This document shows, piece by piece, positions 56,740-64,000 of a stretch of DNA of 64,000 bases. The stretch spans positions 13,982 through 77,981 of the forward strand of contig CAZUDK010000001.1 in assembly GCA_964618905.1 (NCBI GenBank), in the 5' to 3' direction. Position 1 is the first letter of the stretch. Each line of letters begins with the position of its first letter. The notes under the pieces are model-generated. The model did no database searches, was not told the origin of the DNA, and saw only the letters and a program-made list of their open reading frames with translations. Source of the stretch: an uncultured Candidatus Saccharibacteria bacterium. Its GTDB lineage: Bacteria > Patescibacteriota > Minisyncoccia > Phycocordibacterales > Zambryskibacteraceae. A program made the translations under genes and the position numbers.

Positions 56740-57504
56740 ATGTCCAAACTAGATACAGCGCCATACAAGGGAGTCAGGGATTTTTATCCTGAAGATATGG
56801 TTATCCAGAACTATATTTTTGATACCTGGAAAAAGGTTTCTAAAGATTTTAATTATCAAGAATATTCTGCTTCGCCTCTCGAACCGACTGAGATTTATAC
56901 TGAAAAATCAGGATCGGAGATAGTTAACGAACAGACTTTCACCTTTATCGACAGAGGGGGGCGCTCTGTCACCCTGCGGCCGGAGATGACCCCGACGCTT
57001 GCCCGAATGATCGCCGCCAAGAGACGCAATCTCAAATACCCCCTACGCTGGTTCTCCATTCCAAACCTGTTCAGATACGAGAGGCCGCAGAGAGGGCGCA
57101 AGCGCGAACACTGGCAACTTAACTGCGACCTAGTAGGTGTTGCCGGCCTTGATGGTGACAGAGAAGTCATGTCCCTCGCTTATGCAATTATGAAAGAGTT
57201 TGGAGCAAAAGATGAAGACTTCGAAATAAGAGTGAACAACTGCAATCCGGAAGATTTCAAAGACATAGCTCCAAATATCGTATTCGATGAATCTCTTGCC
57301 AGAGGCCAAGCTTATTACACTGGACCGGTTTTTGAATTCTTTGATACTAATCCTGAGAACAGCCGCTCAATATGCGGTGGAGGAAGGTACGATAAACTTT
57401 TGGAGATTTTTGATGTTGAGCCTCTGCCTATTGCTGGCTTTGGCATGGGAGATATCACTCTGCGAGATTTCCTTGAGACTCATAAGCTAGGACCGTATGC
57501 GTAA
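56740..57504 (+). CDS. hisS: Histidine--tRNA ligase, catalytic core only
   Basis: KGVRDFYP, LRPEMT, FRYERPQRGR.RE..Q, RGQAYYTG, GGGRYD, GFGMG; 254 aa. Confidence 0.85.
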   Translation: MSKLDTAPYKGVRDFYPEDMVIQNYIFDTWKKVSKDFNYQEYSASPLEPTEIYTEKSGSEIVNEQTFTFIDRGGRSVTLRPEMTPTLARMIAAKRRNLKYPLRWFSIPNLFRYERPQRGRKREHWQLNCDLVGVAGLDGDREVMSLAYAIMKEFGAKDEDFEIRVNNCNPEDFKDIAPNIVFDESLARGQAYYTGPVFEFFDTNPENSRSICGGGRYDKLLEIFDVEPLPIAGFGMGDITLRDFLETHKLGPYA

Positions 57505-58072
57505 AATAGTTTTCGACATTGAGACTCGTAACGTCTTTGCAGACGTTGGAAAAAACGACCCTGCTCTTTTGGATATATCACTCGTAGCTATTCATGACTC
57601 CGAGACCGGAGAGTACTCTTCTTATCTTCAAGAAGAACTGTCAAAGCTGTGGCCCATCATAGAACGAGCAGACATGCTCATAGGCTTCAACTCGGACCAT
57701 TTCGACATTCCCCTGCTAAACAAATACTATCCTGGCGACCTCAAAGAGATCAGATCCCTTGATATTCTAAAGGAGATAAAGAATTCATATGGAAGAAGAA
57801 TGCGCCTCGATCAGCTTGCCGAAGGAACTCTTGGCTTGAACAAATCAGGGCACGGGCTTGATGCTATAGACTGGTGGAAGAAAGGTGAAATAGAAAAAAT
57901 CCGCAAATATTGCATTGATGATGTTAAGCTGACAAAAGACATCTATGACTATGCAATGAAAAACAACAAGCTGTTCTTTAAGGAAGGTAAAGACTTGCAT
58001 GAGATAACTCTCGACACCTCAGACTGGGAAAGCGAAGGTGACCATAAACTGACTTTCACTCTGCCATTTTAA
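57497..58072 (+). CDS. RNase H-like (DEDD, YprB-like) nuclease domain protein
   Basis: FDIET, GFN...FD, YC..DV. Confidence 0.8.
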   Translation: MRKIVFDIETRNVFADVGKNDPALLDISLVAIHDSETGEYSSYLQEELSKLWPIIERADMLIGFNSDHFDIPLLNKYYPGDLKEIRSLDILKEIKNSYGRRMRLDQLAEGTLGLNKSGHGLDAIDWWKKGEIEKIRKYCIDDVKLTKDIYDYAMKNNKLFFKEGKDLHEITLDTSDWESEGDHKLTFTLPF

Positions 58073-58077
58073 ACATC

Positions 58078-58557
58078 ATGGATACACTCTTTATTTTTGG
58101 CGCTAAGTACTTGTTTGTCTTACCAATTCTTATTGCCATTGTATCAATAGCAAAGATGCCGCAAGACAAACGGAAAGATGCTCTTTTATTCTTCTGTCTG
58201 TCCTTGCCGCTTACATTTTTAATCTCCATTATTGCCAGAAAAATGTACTTCAATCCCCGTCCGTTTACTATAGAAAATTTTACTCCGCTAATACCGCATT
58301 TGCCTGACAATGGATTCCCTTCAGACCATACCTTATTGGTGTCAGCTATTGCATCAGGATTGATGTATTTCAGCAAAAGAAAAGTGGCTGTAGGTTTGTG
58401 GCTGATTGCCATTCTTGTAGGAATATCCAGAGTCTATGTAGGGGTGCATCATCTGCTTGACGTCTTGGCAGCGGCAGTTATTGCCTTGCTTGGCGCGGTT
58501 CTCGTCCATGTTTTCCTAGAGAGGCGGCAAGATGGTATAATGGACAAAATAAAATAA
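58078..58557 (+). CDS. PAP2 family phosphatase (undecaprenyl-diphosphatase-like)
   Basis: PRPF, FPSDH, SRVYVGVH...DV. Confidence 0.9.
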   Translation: MDTLFIFGAKYLFVLPILIAIVSIAKMPQDKRKDALLFFCLSLPLTFLISIIARKMYFNPRPFTIENFTPLIPHLPDNGFPSDHTLLVSAIASGLMYFSKRKVAVGLWLIAILVGISRVYVGVHHLLDVLAAAVIALLGAVLVHVFLERRQDGIMDKIK

Positions 58558-58558
58558 T

Positions 58559-59242
58559 ATGGAAACCAATACCAACAAATACATCGTGCCTTTAGCCATT
58601 GTTATCGCAGGAGCAATGATATCCGGAGCCATTTATTTCGGAGGTTCTGGAGGAAGCGTGGCAAGCAATTCCGAAGCCAATGCCGTAGAATCCACAAACA
58701 TCGCCCCCGTTAGCGCCGAAGACCACATTAGAGGCAACCCTGATGCGGCTTTGGTCATTGTCGAATATTCAGACCTTGAATGCCCATTCTGCAAAGTTTT
58801 CCATAATACAATGAGGCAGATAATGAGTGAATATGACGGAAAGGTTGCCTGGGTTTACAGACACTTCCCTATTCCCCAACTTCACCACAAAGCACCTCAT
58901 GAAGCTGAAGCATCTGAATGTGCAGCCGAGCTTGGCGGCAATATAGCTTTCTGGCAATTTGTTGATGAAGTGTTTAAGAGGACTAATTCCAACGACTCTC
59001 TAGATCCTGCAGAATTGCCGAAAATCGCCGGAGATATCGGACTTGATACAGTTAAGTTCAACTCCTGCTTATCATCAGGAAAATACACTGAAGCAATACA
59101 GAAGAGCGCTGAAGCAGCCGTAGAAGCAGGTGCGAGAGGCACTCCTTACTCCGTGATTATCTCAGGCGACCAGAAAGTTGTCATAAACGGTGCAGAACCT
59201 ATCGAGAGTGTCCGAGCAAAAATTGATTCGCTGTTAAAGTAA
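58559..59242 (+). CDS. DsbA/thioredoxin family protein
   Basis: N-terminal TM, EYSDLECPFC, YRHFP, GTP. Confidence 0.92.
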   Translation: METNTNKYIVPLAIVIAGAMISGAIYFGGSGGSVASNSEANAVESTNIAPVSAEDHIRGNPDAALVIVEYSDLECPFCKVFHNTMRQIMSEYDGKVAWVYRHFPIPQLHHKAPHEAEASECAAELGGNIAFWQFVDEVFKRTNSNDSLDPAELPKIAGDIGLDTVKFNSCLSSGKYTEAIQKSAEAAVEAGARGTPYSVIISGDQKVVINGAEPIESVRAKIDSLLK

Positions 59243-59252
59243 GATAAACTAC

Positions 59253-59375
59253 CTGACTGGAGTTATGGTTAAGAAAAACCTCGCGGAGCGCGTCGTCTGC
59301 CTTAGGCAGACCCCCGCGGAGCGTACATCGCCAGCAGGCGATATAGCGTGTTTTTCGTACCATAACTCCAGTCAG
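59253..59375. repeat. Nested inverted-repeat element
   Basis: Perfect 17-bp IR CTGACTGGAGTTATGGT / ACCATAACTCCAGTCAG; inner GTCTGCCT-T-AGGCAGAC and ATCGCC-AGCA-GGCGAT; CGCGGAGCG twice. Confidence 0.75.
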
Positions 59376-59402
59376 TAATTACGTAATCATTCTAAGCATT
59401 CT

Positions 59403-60923
59403 ATGCTAACGAAAACTAACTACATCCTCTGGAGAGATTGCCCCAAAAACACATGGCTTAAAGTGCATAGGCCCGATGTGTATTTCGACCATGAATTATC
59501 TGACTTCGAAAAACAGATCATAGAAACCGGAAACGAAGTAGAGCTTGAGGCTCGGAAACTTTTCCCTACTGGAGTGCTGGTAGAAGGGCGCGAAGAGAAG
59601 GCTATAGAGGAAACGAAAAAGCTTCTTGAATCTGGCGAGAGGACTTTATTCCAAGCTGCTTTTGAAAAGCCCGCCTCGACTCGCGCAGACTCTTCGACGC
59701 GAGGCGGAGATGGATATTTTGCGGCCCTGGATGTTTTAAAAAAGGAAGAAAATGGAAAATTTTCTATTTATGAAATCAAAGCAACAAACAGCATAGACAA
59801 AAATACTCACTATCATGACCTAACTTTCCAGACCAATCTTTTGCGCCGGTGCGGACTAGAGATAGAAAAAACCTACCTCATACATCTTAATCCTAAATAT
59901 GTAAGGGAAGGAGAACTTGATCTCACCCAGCTCTTTGCTGTGGAAGACGTTACTGAAAAAGTAGAAGAATTAAAAGATGAAGTTGAAGAAGAAATGGCTC
60001 TTGCTCTCCAGTACATACAGCAAGAGAAAGAACCGCCGGGATACTGCTCCTGCATATACAAAGGACGCTCTAGCCACTGCACGACATTTCATTATTCAAA
60101 TCCCAATATTCCAAAATACGGAGTGCACGACCTTGCCAGAATAGGCCTTAGCAAGAACAAGCTCAAATCTCTTATTGATGATAATATTTTCGAGATTGGT
60201 GATATTCCGGAGAGCGTAGAACTCTCTGATAACCAAAAGAATCAAATTCTTACTTACCTCGATGACATTGAGATAATTTCAAAAGAAGAAATTTCCCAAG
60301 AGCTTGATAGTCTTGTATTCCCTCTTTATTTCCTTGATTACGAAACCTTCCCTTCGGCTCTGCCGCGCTTTGACCAATATTCGCCATATCAGCAGATCCC
60401 TTTTCAATATTCACTGCATGTACTCGACAATCCCGAAGCCGAACCAGTGCATAAGGATTTTCTTTATACCAAGAGTGATGATCCATCCGTAAGCTTCTAT
60501 AGATCGCTTGCCGATCATATCGGCAATAAAGGAAATGTCATAGTCTGGCATAAAAGTTTTGAATGCGGAAGAAATCGCGAAATTGCAAACCGAGTACCGG
60601 AGTCTGCTGAATTTTTCAAACAGCTAGATGAGAGAGTTTATGATTTGGAAGATATTTTCAAGAAACAGCACTATGTGCACAAGGACTTCAAAGGCAGTTC
60701 GAGCATCAAGAAGGTCCTGCCGGTTTTAGCACCCGAACTTTCATACAAGGACCTTGAAATACGCGAAGGCGGCTCCGCCGCCGAAGCCTGGGACAGATCA
60801 GTCAGGGGAGGAATTGGAGAGAAAGAGAGAGAAGAGATATTCCACAACTTGCGCGAATACTGCAAGCTCGACACTTACGCCATGTATGCTATCTGGAACG
60901 AGTTGTATAAACTGGTTTACTGA
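59403..60923 (+). CDS. DUF2779-like protein (RecB/Cas4-like nuclease plus RNase H-like domain)
   Basis: LTK......[40 protein letters not shown]. Confidence 0.8.
   Translation: MLTKTNYILWRDCPKNTWLKVHRPDVYFDHELSDFEKQIIETGNEVELEARKLFPTGVLVEGREEKAIEETKKLLESGERTLFQAAFEKPASTRADSSTRGGDGYFAALDVLKKEENGKFSIYEIKATNSIDKNTHYHDLTFQTNLLRRCGLEIEKTYLIHLNPKYVREGELDLTQLFAVEDVTEKVEELKDEVEEEMALALQYIQQEKEPPGYCSCIYKGRSSHCTTFHYSNPNIPKYGVHDLARIGLSKNKLKSLIDDNIFEIGDIPESVELSDNQKNQILTYLDDIEIISKEEISQELDSLVFPLYFLDYETFPSALPRFDQYSPYQQIPFQYSLHVLDNPEAEPVHKDFLYTKSDDPSVSFYRSLADHIGNKGNVIVWHKSFECGRNREIANRVPESAEFFKQLDERVYDLEDIFKKQHYVHKDFKGSSSIKKVLPVLAPELSYKDLEIREGGSAAEAWDRSVRGGIGEKEREEIFHNLREYCKLDTYAMYAIWNELYKLVY
59670..59708 (+). 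repeat. 39-bp palindromic element, copy 2, in frame
   Basis: CCCGCCTCGACTCGC-GCAGACTCT-TCGACGCGAGGCGGA encodes [13 protein letters not shown]. Confidence 0.85.
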
Positions 60924-62176
60924 TACCCTCTTAGTCTATTGATCTTTTCGTGCTGTCTTATTTTTTCGTGGGCTTTAGCTTCAATCTGCCTGATGCGCTC
61001 TCGCGTAACGCCGAATACCTTGCCTACTTCTTCCAAAGTATGGGTGTAGCCATCCAGAAGACCATGTCTCATTTCCAGAATCTTTCTTTCCTTGGGAGGC
61101 AGGTCATCGAGGATTTCGCGCACCTGGTCGGAGATAATTCTGCGGGAAGACTCCTGGTCCGGAGAGAGGATTTTATCGTCTGCCAGGAAGTCTCCTAGCT
61201 TTGACTTACCTTCATCACCTTCATCCCCTACCGGAGATTCAAGAGATACAGTAGACTGATCTATCTTCTCTATCTGGTAAATCTTTTCTACGTCCAGATT
61301 CATTTCCATAGCTACTTCTTCTTGCAAAGGTTCTCTGCCAAGGTCTTGAGTCAGTCTGCGTACTACCTGTTTGTATTTAGCAATGGTTTCCACCATGTGC
61401 ACCGGCACGCGGATGGTTCGCGACTGGTCAGCTAAGGCACGAGTTATGGCTTGCCGTATCCACCATGTTGCATAAGTTGAAAACTTAAATCCTTTAGTCC
61501 AATCAAACTTTTCTACAGCCTTAAAGAGACCAAGATTTCCCTCCTGAATCAAGTCGAGCAGCGTCAAATCCGGACTTCTATTAGCATATTTCTTGGCAAT
61601 AGAGACAACCAGACGCAAGTTTGCTTTTGCTAGAAGATTTTTTGCTTCAAGATCTCCTGCCACTATGCGCTTAGCCAGCTCTTTCTCCATTGATCCTGAT
61701 ATAAGCGGATACTGACCTATCTCTTTCAGATACATCTGTATTGAGTCATAAGTAGAATCACTCTTTGAATATGAGTATCTCTTACCTCCTTCTTCAGATG
61801 GAATCTCAAGAAGTCCTCCTCCTTCAAGTACGTCAATTCCGACAGTATTAAACCTGTCGTAAAGCTCATCCAAAAATAGAATATCGGATTCTATATTAGG
61901 GAACTCTTTTATTATTTCATCGTAAGTTACAAATCCTTTTTCCTTACCGCGAGAAATAAGCCTTTCCATTTTAAGGACGGTATCCAGCTTTTTCGCTCTT
62001 TTCTTTTGCGGGCTTTTAGTATTGGTCTTTTTTACCGTCTTTTTGGTTTTCTTTGCAAAGACTTTTTTAACAGAAGTTTTCTTTGCTGTGCTCTTTTTTG
62101 AAACAGCTTTTTTACTAACCTGCTTTTTGACAGGCTTTTTTGTTCCCTTATTTTTTTGTTTAGAAGTTTTTTTCAT
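60917..62176 (-). CDS. rpoD: Primary sigma factor RpoD/SigA with Lys-rich N-terminal extension
   Basis: [53 protein letters not shown]. Confidence 0.96.
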   Translation of the reverse strand: MKKTSKQKNKGTKKPVKKQVSKKAVSKKSTAKKTSVKKVFAKKTKKTVKKTNTKSPQKKRAKKLDTVLKMERLISRGKEKGFVTYDEIIKEFPNIESDILFLDELYDRFNTVGIDVLEGGGLLEIPSEEGGKRYSYSKSDSTYDSIQMYLKEIGQYPLISGSMEKELAKRIVAGDLEAKNLLAKANLRLVVSIAKKYANRSPDLTLLDLIQEGNLGLFKAVEKFDWTKGFKFSTYATWWIRQAITRALADQSRTIRVPVHMVETIAKYKQVVRRLTQDLGREPLQEEVAMEMNLDVEKIYQIEKIDQSTVSLESPVGDEGDEGKSKLGDFLADDKILSPDQESSRRIISDQVREILDDLPPKERKILEMRHGLLDGYTHTLEEVGKVFGVTRERIRQIEAKAHEKIRQHEKINRLRGYQ

Positions 62177-62193
62177 GCAAACACTTTTTTATG

Positions 62194-64000
<1,807 letters not shown>

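Noticed and set aside
61990-62176. Lys-rich RpoD N-terminus as a repeat element
   Set aside because: Low-complexity protein extension without a DNA-level tandem repeat.

Overview
Chromosomal window from a reduced-genome bacterium, most likely Patescibacteria/Parcubacteria (CPR). This is an inference from the compact housekeeping genes and CPR-typical hypothetical proteins. The backbone carries alaS, leuS, hisS, mnmA, tgt, ychF, typA, uvrABC, priA, def-fmt, mreB, mltG, dnaG-rpoD, the 3' end of an rpoC-like ORF, three tRNAs (Ala-TGC, Ala-GGC, Asn-GTT) and a 1485-aa modular surface protein. Main accessory signals: (1) A 13.7-kb integrative element (20306-33996) sits in the 3' end of tRNA-Ala(TGC), bounded by a 9-bp repeat TTGGTGGAC that lies inside its serine recombinase gene, so excision would swap the recombinase C-terminus in frame. 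It carries a type I R-M operon interleaved with two HEPN-like genes and an S49 peptidase, plus a tyrosine recombinase. By eye it lacks GATC, CCGG, GGCC, TTAA and CTAG entirely. (2) A small GIY-YIG nuclease gene sits between a tRNA-Asn and a duplicate of its 5' end, and that duplicate is cleanly split by a 20-bp palindrome. (3) A family of 39-bp palindromic elements with a variable 9-nt core lies in frame in dnaG and a DUF2779-like gene and at the priA 5' end. It shares CCYGYCT...AGRCRGG ends with the 20-bp palindrome, and further palindromes occur in uvrA and intergenic regions. Signals 2 and 3 together suggest a candidate nuclease-associated palindrome-insertion system. All calls come from manual reading; no searches were run.
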